The position numbers and the translations under genes are program-made. A DNA stretch of 64,000 nucleotides from Armatimonadia bacterium. GTDB lineage: Bacteria; Armatimonadota; Zipacnadia; Zipacnadales; UBA11051. The DNA is taken from the NCBI GenBank assembly GCA_039683575.1, contig JBDKRC010000243.1, positions 21,628 to 85,627 on the forward strand, given 5' to 3'. How positions within the stretch are numbered: the stretch's first letter is position 1; the number at the start of each line of letters is the position of its first letter. Under the pieces are notes generated by a model. That model was not told the origin of the DNA. It saw only the letters and a list, made by a program, of their open reading frames with translations, and made no database searches. This document shows positions 1 through 9,186 of this stretch, one piece after another.

Positions 1-1529
1 ACCAGCTTCCCGCCCCGGATGGGGTTGGGCGGGGTCGCTCCCAGGTATGGCCCGCGCCAGCCCTTGATCTCAACCTCGTTGCCGCTGGCATCGAGCCCCT
101 TGGCCGGTTGCTTGCGCGCCGCGAGGTCCGCCACCGTTGCCGGGAGGCAGCCCGTGTCCGCCTGAAACAGGTCCATTGCGGTCTGTAGGGTTCCGAGCAA
201 CTCAAAGCCCGGCATACCGCCCTGCGCCACACCCACCACAAGCCCCAACGCGAGCAGCGGAGCGATCACTTTGCTACCCGGCAGGACCCTCCTCAGGATC
301 AGGACGGTCACGGTCACGAAGCCAAGCATCACCGCCACAGGTACTCGCCAGCTATCATCTCGCCTGCGCTGCGTTGACGGGTCGAGCGGCTTGCCGCTGA
401 GGGCCGCTGCCTGTGCCTCAGAGCCCGGCCTCAGCACCGCCATTCTCAGCAGAGCCCCGCTCGCGCGAGACGGCACCGCCCGCGCCGTGCGCCGCACCAG
501 CACCCGGTAGTCCGCGTGGGCCGGGTCCGCGTCCGGCGCGAAGGTCAGGTCCACCATCTCCTCCGGAGCGACAAGGCCGAAGAAGCGCGAGGCTTTCGCG
601 GTCTGCAGACCGGTCTGCCGCCCCTGCTCCCAGTCTTCGGCGCGATAGCAGAGATCGCTGTACGGAAATGGCGGATTGCCGCTGAACTCGCACATTAGCC
701 GCGTAGGATTGCGGGTCATCTTCCGCCGCAGGTCGCCATAGGTCTCATTGCGCCGTAGCGTGACCTTCTCGGTCAGCCAGACCGCCGGAATCGTCTTGCA
801 CGTGTAGGGCTGGTCGGCGATGACGCACAGGAGCAGCGCAGTCAGCGGTGGTGCGCTCACCCGCGATACCGTCAGCGGGTAGACCAGCCCCTCGGCAGGG
901 CACTTGAAGCGGAGTCCCAGCGGCGCTACCTCCGTGAGGACGCCCTGCGCTCGCGCCCGCTTCTCCTGCATCTTCAGCGCCACGAACACCCAGCCGCGCC
1001 GTACGTAGTCGTCAAGCACCGGCTGCGCCTCGGCTGGCAGATGGTACTGGTTCTTAGCCAGCCATTTCTGGAGTTCATCGCCCCGCGTGGCCGCCAGCAC
1101 CACCGCGTGATAGTCTCCCACGTCCTTCTCCTCCAGCACCTGCACGGGCGGCGGTGGCCCTGCTGCGCCGGGGGCCGCAGGCAGGCTTCCAGAGGCAGTT
1201 GGGACGGTGTAACCGGGCCGGTTGAACCTCGTGACAACCACCGGTTCGGTGCCTTTGAAGGTCTCGGTGACGAAGGCTGGCTCGGCAGGGAACATCTCGG
1301 AGGGTTTCGAGGGGACGGGAACGACCCAGGCAAAGCGGTCGGCGGGGCCGTGGTAGGTAGTCTGCAGCAGCAGCACCTCGTCGGTGCCCTCGCGGATCAT
1401 GATGCCCTTCTGGGCCGCGGAAGAGGGGCGCATGGCAGAGAAGTCCGGGCCAGGCAGGAACATTCCGTCGGCCAACGCCGGTGCGACAAGACAACTCAGC
1501 AGCAGTACAGCTACAGGCAGTCTGGTCAT
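1..1529 (-). CDS. DUF2330-like exported protein with two TM helices and a C-terminal GspG-like segment (3' end outside window)
   Basis: Not in ORF track because it runs off the window. Hand translation from ATG 1529 (GGGGGA RBS): MTRLPVAVLLLSCLVAPALADGMF signal peptide; FAWVVPVPS, VGDYHAVVL, LQKWL, DDYVRRGWVFVALK, LVYPL resemble DUF2330; frame open to position 1, ending AMDLFQADTGCLP...WRGPYL. Confidence 0.75.
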   Translation of the reverse strand, partial: MTRLPVAVLLLSCLVAPALADGMFLPGPDFSAMRPSSAAQKGIMIREGTDEVLLLQTTYHGPADRFAWVVPVPSKPSEMFPAEPAFVTETFKGTEPVVVTRFNRPGYTVPTASGSLPAAPGAAGPPPPVQVLEEKDVGDYHAVVLAATRGDELQKWLAKNQYHLPAEAQPVLDDYVRRGWVFVALKMQEKRARAQGVLTEVAPLGLRFKCPAEGLVYPLTVSRVSAPPLTALLLCVIADQPYTCKTIPAVWLTEKVTLRRNETYGDLRRKMTRNPTRLMCEFSGNPPFPYSDLCYRAEDWEQGRQTGLQTAKASRFFGLVAPEEMVDLTFAPDADPAHADYRVLVRRTARAVPSRASGALLRMAVLRPGSEAQAAALSGKPLDPSTQRRRDDSWRVPVAVMLGFVTVTVLILRRVLPGSKVIAPLLALGLVVGVAQGGMPGFELLGTLQTAMDLFQADTGCLPATVADLAARKQPAKGLDASGNEVEIKGWRGPYLGATPPNPIRGGKL

Positions 1530-1632
1530 GACGTTCCCCCAGGTGGCGTTTGTAGCGGCTCTCGCGGTTCTATGACATTTGTGGTGGTCAGGAGGTCCCC
1601 CCTGGTCAGCATCTGCGTTCGGTTAGCTCCGG

Positions 1633-2634
1633 TTACCAGCGCCCCTTACCGTAAATGTGCAGCCTCACCTCGGAGCCAGCGTGGATGAAGTCGAAGGTAA
1701 AGCCCCTGTACGCAGCGGTGTACTTGCCCAGGTCGGGAAACATGGGGTCTGGATCAGGCTTCAGACGCCCCGCCCATTCCGGCCGCAGGTGTGCCTGCTC
1801 GATCAGCCTCGCCACGGTGGACGGAGCGCCATTCCCCTGCTCCGCTGGATAGCGCATGATAACGTTCACGTCGCCGACATCCATTTCCCGCGCCGCTCCA
1901 GCCTTCACGGGCAGTGTGCGCCTGGCCTCGATGCTCATCTCAACCCGCGTGCCTGTGCCGCCACCGGGCATCTGCCCCTGGCCGATAAGCCGGATAGCCC
2001 GCCGCTCCATCGCCAGCCCCGCAGCCCCCACCGGGGGCCATGTGACCTGCACGGGCGCGGCGAACAGGTCTTCGCGCAGAAGGCGTTCCACTTGCTGTTG
2101 GAGGGCCGCCCTCTCGCGCGCCACTACCGACGTTGTCTGGCTCACGCTCCATGACCAGCCTGCACAGGCCAGCAGCAGTGCGGCCACGCCCGCGTAACGC
2201 ATCATCGCAACGGTGCGGGGGCCCGCCGTCCTGGCAGACTTGCCTATCAGCCCCAGAACCACCACCGCCGGCGCGATTCCGGCCATGAACATCGACGCCA
2301 GCCTCAGGATGAGCCAGGTTCTCTCGGAGGTCGTGTCTATCCCTTGCAGCAGAATGAAGGCACCGCCGTTTATGATGAGCAGTGCCGGCAGACCCGCTGC
2401 AAACGGCAGCCGTGGCGATATCAGCCCGCTCACCACAGCGGCAAGGGTGTTGGCAAAGAGAAACGGGAGTATGAGCCCCGATCCGGGAAACTCCGGCGCC
2501 CCCTGGAGCAGACTGCCCAGGAGGTAGATGGCGGCCGGCCACATCACAAGCCCGGCCAGGATGCCCAGAGCGGTGTACCAGGCAGAATCCCGCTCGTCCG
2601 CTGTTGCGTTAGCTGCGACTGTCTCGTCCGCCAT
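1633..2634 (-). CDS. hypothetical membrane protein (about 5 N-terminal TM helices plus soluble domain)
   Basis: 333 aa ORF with hydrophobic segments, GGGGGA RBS, directly downstream of the oxidoreductase. Confidence 0.7.
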   Translation of the reverse strand: MADETVAANATADERDSAWYTALGILAGLVMWPAAIYLLGSLLQGAPEFPGSGLILPFLFANTLAAVVSGLISPRLPFAAGLPALLIINGGAFILLQGIDTTSERTWLILRLASMFMAGIAPAVVVLGLIGKSARTAGPRTVAMMRYAGVAALLLACAGWSWSVSQTTSVVARERAALQQQVERLLREDLFAAPVQVTWPPVGAAGLAMERRAIRLIGQGQMPGGGTGTRVEMSIEARRTLPVKAGAAREMDVGDVNVIMRYPAEQGNGAPSTVARLIEQAHLRPEWAGRLKPDPDPMFPDLGKYTAAYRGFTFDFIHAGSEVRLHIYGKGRW

Positions 2635-2643
2635 TCAGTCCCC

Positions 2644-3864
2644 CTAGCTCAGCTCCGCCCCTCCTACCACCGCCGCCTTGTCTACCGCCTTCCCCTCCTT
2701 GATCCAGGCCTGCGCCACCGCTGCCTCGGCGTCGTGACGATCCGTGAAGGTGACCATCGCCCCGAGCAGCTTGCCATCCTTGAGCCACCAGGCACTGAAA
2801 TCCGCGCTTTCAGGGTCTCCGCGGTAGATTACCTCATCCGCGCCCTTGAACTCGCCCCAAAACTCCCATGACAGGTCGTAGACATCCGACCACACGAGCG
2901 CGAGGTAGTCGTAGGGCTTCGTCTCGCCCATTAGCATGTGGGCGAGGTGCCGGCCACTGACGCGGGCATGTTCCTCGTGCTCGACATGGCGATGGGTGCC
3001 CAGATACATGTCCGGGTAGCTCACCACGTCCCCACCCGCGTATACCCCGGCTGCGCTGGTCTGCAGCGTCTCATCCACCCAGACAGCGTTGCCGTCGAGG
3101 CGCAACCCGGCTGCGTTGGCGAGGTCCAGGTCCGGGTAGACGCCAACGGCCACCAGCGCCATGTCGGCTTCGATCACAGTGCCGTCGGAGAGCTTCACGC
3201 CCTCCAGCTTGCCCTGTCCCGTGAAGCCCGCCACGCCCGCCTGGGACCGCAGAGCTACGCCGTGGTCGCGAAAGCGCCCCTCATATATCGCCGAGAGCCG
3301 CTCGGGCAGGAAGAAGTCGAGCAGACGCTCCTCGCGGTACAGTACCGTCGTCTCTATCCCCATGTCCCCCAGCCGCGAGGCGCACTCGCTGCCGATGAAG
3401 CCTCCACCGATGACCGCGAGTTTCCTCGCCTGCTTCGCCCGCTCTTTGAGCCTGTCGCAGTCTTCCAGGGTGCGCAGGTACAGCACGCCGTCGAGGTCCG
3501 TTCCGGGCAGATCAAGCCGCCGGACCTTCGAGCCTGTCGAGAGCACCAGATTGTCATAGCCGATGACGTCGCCGTCCTCGAGTGTCAGTTCTTTCTTTTG
3601 CGGATCAAGCCCGGTCACCCGCGTCTGCAGCCGCACCTCGATGCCATTCTCCTCGTAGAAGCCCTCCTTGTTCACGTACACCTTCTCAAGAGGCTTCTTA
3701 TCGATCAGATAGTCCTTCGACAGCGGCGGGCGGGCGTAGGGGAGAGTGCTGTCAGCCGATATCAGGCAGACCTCGCCCTTCGGCACCCCGAGCTTGCCCA
3801 TCTCCTTCAGGCAGAATCCGCCAACCATCCCGCCACCGACGATGACCTTCGCAAACCGTTCCAT
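2644..3864 (-). CDS. FAD/NAD(P)-dependent pyridine nucleotide oxidoreductase (ferredoxin reductase/monodehydroascorbate reductase-like)
   Basis: IVGGG, PYARPPLSK, LSTG, IGGGFIGSE, YAGGDV, WSD motifs; ATG 3864 follows GAGGTG. Confidence 0.9.
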   Translation of the reverse strand: MERFAKVIVGGGMVGGFCLKEMGKLGVPKGEVCLISADSTLPYARPPLSKDYLIDKKPLEKVYVNKEGFYEENGIEVRLQTRVTGLDPQKKELTLEDGDVIGYDNLVLSTGSKVRRLDLPGTDLDGVLYLRTLEDCDRLKERAKQARKLAVIGGGFIGSECASRLGDMGIETTVLYREERLLDFFLPERLSAIYEGRFRDHGVALRSQAGVAGFTGQGKLEGVKLSDGTVIEADMALVAVGVYPDLDLANAAGLRLDGNAVWVDETLQTSAAGVYAGGDVVSYPDMYLGTHRHVEHEEHARVSGRHLAHMLMGETKPYDYLALVWSDVYDLSWEFWGEFKGADEVIYRGDPESADFSAWWLKDGKLLGAMVTFTDRHDAEAAVAQAWIKEGKAVDKAAVVGGAELS

Positions 3865-3989
3865 TCTCACACCTCGTTCCAGATGCTCACTACGATCCTC
3901 AACCTACCGTTGTACAATCCATCATTCCATCCCAAGGACAGTTTTCCCTTTTGTAAGGTTTCCGCCATGGGCGTGCCGAACTACCCGTC

Positions 3990-4916
3990 ATGCGCGTGAC
4001 GATGATCGTCAATCCACGATCTGGACGGGGCCACAGCAGCCGTGTGGCGGGCCAGGTCGCGGGTACGCTTCGTGCCGCGGGCTGGGAGGTCGAGATTGCC
4101 GTCACCACGGCTCCGGAGCACGCTGAGACCCTCGCCCGCGAGGCCGCCTCGGATACCGATCTCGTCGTCGCCTGTGGCGGCGACGGCACCCTGTCCGAGG
4201 TCCTGAATGGTCTGTTCGGGACCGATGTCCCCGCGGCGCTGCTCCCGGTGGGCACCGGCAACGATTTTGCCCGCACTCTCGGGCTGCCCCGCGATCCCGG
4301 CGAGGCGGCTTTTGCCCTGCTGCGTGGCGCTGAACGCCGTGTGGACCTGCTGCAGGTCGTGGAAACCGGTCGCGTCGCGATCAACGTCATGGGCGTCGGC
4401 TTCGATGCCACGGTGGCTGCCACAATGAACCGCCACACCCGCCGTGGCGGCCTTGGCGCCTATCTGCTCGCCGTCCTGATCGAGCTGGGGCGCTACCGGA
4501 TGACCGACCTCTCGCTGCAGATAGATGGGGAGCAATGGGCAGGCCCTGCCCTCCTCATCGCCGTTGCGAACGCCCAGTCCTACGGCGCCGGCATGCGCAT
4601 CGCGCCGCGCGCCTCGGTCACGGACGGCTTGCTCGATGTTGTCCTCGTGGAGCCCATGAACCGCCTTGGCTTTCTTTGCACCTTGCCGAAGGTCTTCACC
4701 GGTCGCCACGTGAACCATCCCGCCGTGCGTTACTGGCAAGCCCGCGAGGTCACGCTGAGAACCTCTGAGCCTGTCCCGGTGTTGATAGATGGGGACTTGC
4801 GCGGCGAGACCCCGGTAACCATACGAGTGTTGCCGCAGGCTGCCCGCCTGTGGCTGCCAGACCAAACTTCCCCTCCGCGTAGTGCGGGCGTCTCGCCCGC
4901 CGTCCGAGGGGCCTAG
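3990..4916 (+). CDS. diacylglycerol/lipid kinase family protein (YegS/DagK/BmrU)
   Basis: NPRSG, GGDGTLSEV, PVGTGNDFAR, GVGFDA, YGAG, IDGD motifs. Confidence 0.92.
   Translation: MRVTMIVNPRSGRGHSSRVAGQVAGTLRAAGWEVEIAVTTAPEHAETLAREAASDTDLVVACGGDGTLSEVLNGLFGTDVPAALLPVGTGNDFARTLGLPRDPGEAAFALLRGAERRVDLLQVVETGRVAINVMGVGFDATVAATMNRHTRRGGLGAYLLAVLIELGRYRMTDLSLQIDGEQWAGPALLIAVANAQSYGAGMRIAPRASVTDGLLDVVLVEPMNRLGFLCTLPKVFTGRHVNHPAVRYWQAREVTLRTSEPVPVLIDGDLRGETPVTIRVLPQAARLWLPDQTSPPRSAGVSPAVRGA
4876..4900 (+). repeat. GTAG-type REP-like palindrome inside the lipid kinase CDS
   Basis: CGCGTAGTGCGGGCGTCTCGCCCGC; identical 25-mer on the opposite strand at 15103-15127; stem GCGGGCG-TCT-CGCCCGC. Confidence 0.85.
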
Positions 4917-4927
4917 TAGGAGTAGAC

Positions 4928-7072
4928 ATGCGATTTCTCTGGATCGGACTGATGCTGATGGCTATCACCCTCCCGGCGCTTGCACAGCAGAGCCCCTGGC
5001 CCCCGCGCGAGTACCTCCTCAAGAGCCTCGTGGACGGCATTGAGCCTATTCTGAAGAGCCAGGATCCGGCCACGGGCCGCTTTGGCACCCAGCCCTGGAT
5101 TTGCCTTGACCAGAACGTGCTCTTGCCGCTCGCCGCCGCGTGGGCCATCGAGGACAAGGCTAATCCCTGGTACCACAGCGACCGCGTCCTCACCGCCATC
5201 GCCAAGGGCGGCGAGGCCTTGGTGGATGATCAGGATGCCAACGGCATGTGGACCTTCCGCAAGAAGGACAACTCAACCTGGGGCCAGATTCACATGCCCT
5301 GGACCTACAGCCGCTGGATCCGCGCCTACGTGCTCGTCAAGGACGCCCTGCCGCCCGAATCCCGCGCGAAGTGGGACAAGGGCCTGCTCCTGGGCTTCAC
5401 CGGCATTCGCAGATATGCCGATGGCGGCGTCCACAACATCCCCACGCACCACGCCATGGCCCTCTACATTGCCGGCGTCGCGTTCAATAACGATGACTGG
5501 AAGCAAGCCGCCCAGAAGTTCATGGCCAAGGTCGTCGAAAAGCAGGACCCGGCTGGCTTCTGGTCCGAGAACTTCGGCCCTGTGATCGGCTACAATGAGG
5601 TCTACGTGGATGCTCTCGGCGTCTACTACAGCTTCTCCAAGGACCCCGTCGTGCTTACGGCGCTCCAGCGCAGCGCCCGCTTCCACTCCGCCGTGCTCTG
5701 GCCCGACGGCTCGTCGCTGGCCTGCATAGACGAGCGCCAGGTCTACCACCCGGGGATCGAGACGGGCACCGTGGGCTTCACCTGGACCCCGGAGGGCCGA
5801 GGCTACCTCCAGCAGCAGATGGGCCTGTACATGGCCACACGCCCCACGACGGGCTCTGATTACGCTGCCAACATGCTTCTCTACGGCGGCACTGGCGAGG
5901 CCATCAAGCCCGCCGCGGCCGGCGACAAGGCTGTGGCCTACATTGGCGACCGCAATGCCGTCATCGTGCGCGATAAGCCCTGGCAATGGGCCTTCTCGGC
6001 CTATGCCTGCCCGGTGCCCAAAAATCGCTGGGTACAGGATCGTCATAACCTCGTGGACATCTACTGTGATGGCCTCGGCGTTGTCGCCGGTGGCGGCAAT
6101 ACCAAGCTCCAGCCCTACTGGTCCACCTTCACCGTCGGCGATCCGGAGCTACTCAAGCACACCCCCGGCGACGAGAACCCCAACTTCGCGCCTGAGATTG
6201 ACCTGCTCTGGACCCCGACCTCGGCCGAGCTGTCTGGCGAGGGCTCTCAGCAGACCCTCAAGCTCAAGTATGGCGAGACCGCCTGCAGCGTCAGTTGCGA
6301 GCCCCTCAAGGACGGCGCCCTCCGCGTCACTTACGAGGCTCCCGCCGATAAGCGCGTCGAAGCCCACCTGCCACTCTACAAACGTGGCGGCAGAATCCGC
6401 ACCGCTACCGGCCAGAACCTCCGTCTCACCGAAGAGTCCCTGGTCCTCACCAGCGCCCAGGTTGGCGACTGGTTCGTCTACGCCGGCCTCCGCGTCACCA
6501 TGCCGGCGGGCGCGCGGTTGCTATGGCCCATGTTCCAGCATGACCCGTACAAGAAGGATGGTAGCTCGGGCCTCGGCGCCGCCAAGCTCGTTCTCGCGAT
6601 GCCCTTCACCGGCGGCAAGAACCGCCAGGAAGTCACCCTCTCCCGCCCACCACAAGAGCAGTTCCCCGGCCGGGTCTTCGAAGCCCGCGATATGAAGTGC
6701 ACCGTCACCGGTGACGGGTATACGAAGCGTCTCGACGACCTGGGCTCCCAACTCCTGGGCACCAGACAGCCCGGAGCGGCGCTCAGCTTCACCCTCCCGG
6801 GCCTCAAGGCCGGGAAGTACGAGCTTCTCGCTGAGTTCGTCATGGCCTCAATGTACGGGACGGCGCAGATCAGTGTGGATGGCAAAGCAGTGGGCGAAGT
6901 CTTCGACGCCTATGGGCCGGATGTGGACACTGAAGGCGACCGCATTTCCTTCGGCACGGTCGACCTGACCGCGGGGGACCATGTGGTAACGATGCAGATG
7001 ACGGGCAAGAACGCCAAATCAACGGGCTACCTGCTCAGCGTGAAGCGCTGGCTTCTGCGGCCTGTGAAGTGA
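4928..7072 (+). CDS. secreted hypothetical protein, alpha/alpha toroid-like N-terminal part and CBM-like C-terminal domain (possible polysaccharide lyase/hydrolase)
   Basis: AGGAG RBS, signal peptide ending ALA-Q, Trp/Tyr-rich helical region, C-terminal beta-sandwich pattern (AGKYEL, VDGKAVG, LTAGDHVV). Confidence 0.65.
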   Translation: MRFLWIGLMLMAITLPALAQQSPWPPREYLLKSLVDGIEPILKSQDPATGRFGTQPWICLDQNVLLPLAAAWAIEDKANPWYHSDRVLTAIAKGGEALVDDQDANGMWTFRKKDNSTWGQIHMPWTYSRWIRAYVLVKDALPPESRAKWDKGLLLGFTGIRRYADGGVHNIPTHHAMALYIAGVAFNNDDWKQAAQKFMAKVVEKQDPAGFWSENFGPVIGYNEVYVDALGVYYSFSKDPVVLTALQRSARFHSAVLWPDGSSLACIDERQVYHPGIETGTVGFTWTPEGRGYLQQQMGLYMATRPTTGSDYAANMLLYGGTGEAIKPAAAGDKAVAYIGDRNAVIVRDKPWQWAFSAYACPVPKNRWVQDRHNLVDIYCDGLGVVAGGGNTKLQPYWSTFTVGDPELLKHTPGDENPNFAPEIDLLWTPTSAELSGEGSQQTLKLKYGETACSVSCEPLKDGALRVTYEAPADKRVEAHLPLYKRGGRIRTATGQNLRLTEESLVLTSAQVGDWFVYAGLRVTMPAGARLLWPMFQHDPYKKDGSSGLGAAKLVLAMPFTGGKNRQEVTLSRPPQEQFPGRVFEARDMKCTVTGDGYTKRLDDLGSQLLGTRQPGAALSFTLPGLKAGKYELLAEFVMASMYGTAQISVDGKAVGEVFDAYGPDVDTEGDRISFGTVDLTAGDHVVTMQMTGKNAKSTGYLLSVKRWLLRPVK

Positions 7073-7151
7073 GAAAGAGGGAATATTCCGGCTACTTACT
7101 GCATTGACCCGTGGAGTAAGCTCAACTAACTGCTTCACGGGAGGGTTTCGT

Positions 7152-8216
7152 ATGACGCGATATGGGATGTGGGGAGGTATTGCCTTAGTGTTGGCGGCCG
7201 CTTTCACGACCGCCGCTGCCTCGGCTGGTACGCTACTGTTCGAGCCAGCCGAACTCGCCAGCCTTGATGGCAATGCTTGGTCCGGTATCACCTTCGGCCA
7301 GACCACGGCGCAAGACTTGCAGCGCATGTTCAGGCTTGGCAAATGCAAGGAGTGGCAGCATAGTACGCGCCTGCTGCGGCCCAAGGAGGATAGTACCCGT
7401 TACCTGGCCCTGTTCTCCGGGAAGGGAAAGCTCGCAACAGTCTCAAGCATCGTCGCCGTGTACGACGGCGCAACCCTTACCTCGAGTTCTCTCTCTCAGG
7501 GGATGGGCCTTCAGCCTACGCGGCTTTGGCTCGCGAAGCGATACGAGAACTGGCACCTGGAACTGTATCAGGACAAGGGAGCGCTTGCTTTCGTTTTCGG
7601 TGATGGCGACACTGCCTCGGTCGCCTGGCTGCTCCTCACTCGGTCTGCTGCCGCCGCCCAGGCCGTCTCAGCGCTCTCCAGGGAGGCGACGGCCGTGGAG
7701 GTCATCGTCGACCCATACGCTGGCAAACCGCGAGTGGCAGAGTTCGGCAACGTCTCTGCTAACTTCAACCTGAAGAATGTCGCCATGAAAGATGGAGAAA
7801 AGGAGCGTCTGGAGAACTCTCTTCGACAGGCGACGGCAGGCGGGGCCATGCGCTACCGAGCCGGGGCTCCCGGTTCTCTGACCGCAAACGTCAGCATTGC
7901 CTGGGACCGTGGCCGTGGTGGTAGCGTCTCCGTTACCTGCACCCTCGCCGGGGAATGCTGCGCTGGGTCCGTGAGAGCCGAAGGCTCGTCGTTCCAGATC
8001 CTGCCCAAGAACGACATGGCGATATGTGAAAATGCCTCCTTGTGGTACAGCATTGCCATTGCCGAGGCGATGAGCAAGCTCAGTGACAGTGTCAAAACTC
8101 AAGTGCCGCAGGCCCCACCCTCGGCAGCCGAGATGCGTGCACCCCAATGGAACCGTGTGGTCGAGGACGCGCGACACGCGGTCATCCAGCTTCCTGCTCC
8201 GCAACCCAACCAGTAG
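7152..8216 (+). CDS. secreted hypothetical protein
   Basis: GGAGGG RBS before ATG 7152, signal peptide, followed by terminator hairpin. Confidence 0.65.
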   Translation: MTRYGMWGGIALVLAAAFTTAAASAGTLLFEPAELASLDGNAWSGITFGQTTAQDLQRMFRLGKCKEWQHSTRLLRPKEDSTRYLALFSGKGKLATVSSIVAVYDGATLTSSSLSQGMGLQPTRLWLAKRYENWHLELYQDKGALAFVFGDGDTASVAWLLLTRSAAAAQAVSALSREATAVEVIVDPYAGKPRVAEFGNVSANFNLKNVAMKDGEKERLENSLRQATAGGAMRYRAGAPGSLTANVSIAWDRGRGGSVSVTCTLAGECCAGSVRAEGSSFQILPKNDMAICENASLWYSIAIAEAMSKLSDSVKTQVPQAPPSAAEMRAPQWNRVVEDARHAVIQLPAPQPNQ

Positions 8217-8227
8217 TATCTGAACCC

Positions 8228-8266
8228 AAAGCGGCGGGCACTTAATAGTGCCCGCCGCTGTTTCTG
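8228..8266. terminator. probable bidirectional intrinsic terminator
   Basis: 13-bp stem AGCGGCGGGCACT / AGTGCCCGCCGCT between convergent genes, A-run before and T-rich after. Confidence 0.8.
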
Positions 8267-8281
8267 TGCCTGTTGGCTCGC

Positions 8282-9184
8282 CTATGCTACCGCCAGGACC
8301 TCCCTCAACCTCCGCTCAAACCCTTCCGCTTCCAGCACCTCCGCATGCTGTTTGGCCGCATATCGTAGCTCGCGGCCCCGCTGCGTAAGCCAGTCTATCG
8401 CTACTGACAGCCCCGGAGAAGTGCCTTCAGTCTGCTCCCACGCCTGCAGAAGCTCCCCCTCCACTTCCACATCGTGGACCTCACCCATCAACTCCTGCAA
8501 CTCGCCGAGATGATCATAGACGATCTCCGTCTCGCCAGGCAGTATCCCCACGAACAGCTCCAGCGCGTACTTGAGCTTCTTTACCCGTATCCGCTGCCGG
8601 TGGAAAGCCGCCCCATCCACAGGGAAATGCACGATCTCCATGTTGTCCAGCACCGGATTCAGCCGCTCGTTGATTGCGCTTGTAGCAAACTCCAGCAAGG
8701 TCATGCCGCCCGCCGGTGCCCGCGTGAGGGCCCCCATAGCCGCCTCGTAAGTCTTGACCATGCCGCGCCTGTGCAACTCGTCAAGCGCCGTCAGGAACTC
8801 ACGGTGCCGCCGCGCGCGCTCCCGCTTGAGGTGAGCCACCAGCTTGGCAAGCGGCGTGGCTCGTGGATCGCGCCGCATGATGCGTTCGAACTGCTGGATC
8901 AGTACGTCGCGGTCGCGCACCAGCCCCAGCGCGTCATTGAGCTGTTCCGCAAAAGGCAACAGCGCGTCGCGGTGGCGGTCGGGCAGCACGAGCCGGAACA
9001 CTCGCAAGGCCTCGCGCAGGCGCTTGCTCCCCACGCGCATGTCGTGGACGCCGTCAACGTCACCCGCGCGCGCCTCGGCCTCGTACGAGAGCGTCTCGGG
9101 CAGCTTGACCGCCAGGATTGCCGCTGCCGCCTGCGGCAGGGGCATCTCAGGCGTGAGTTGGTCCACGCACCACGGCTTGGGCAT
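8282..9184 (-). CDS. CHAD domain protein (polyphosphate-binding family)
   Basis: VHDMRVGSKRLR, LGLVRDRDV, FHRQRIRVKKLKY, LQELMGEVHD motifs; ATG 9184 lies 2 nt past the upstream stop. Confidence 0.88.
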   Translation of the reverse strand: MPKPWCVDQLTPEMPLPQAAAAILAVKLPETLSYEAEARAGDVDGVHDMRVGSKRLREALRVFRLVLPDRHRDALLPFAEQLNDALGLVRDRDVLIQQFERIMRRDPRATPLAKLVAHLKRERARRHREFLTALDELHRRGMVKTYEAAMGALTRAPAGGMTLLEFATSAINERLNPVLDNMEIVHFPVDGAAFHRQRIRVKKLKYALELFVGILPGETEIVYDHLGELQELMGEVHDVEVEGELLQAWEQTEGTSPGLSVAIDWLTQRGRELRYAAKQHAEVLEAEGFERRLREVLAVA

Positions 9185-9186
9185 CG

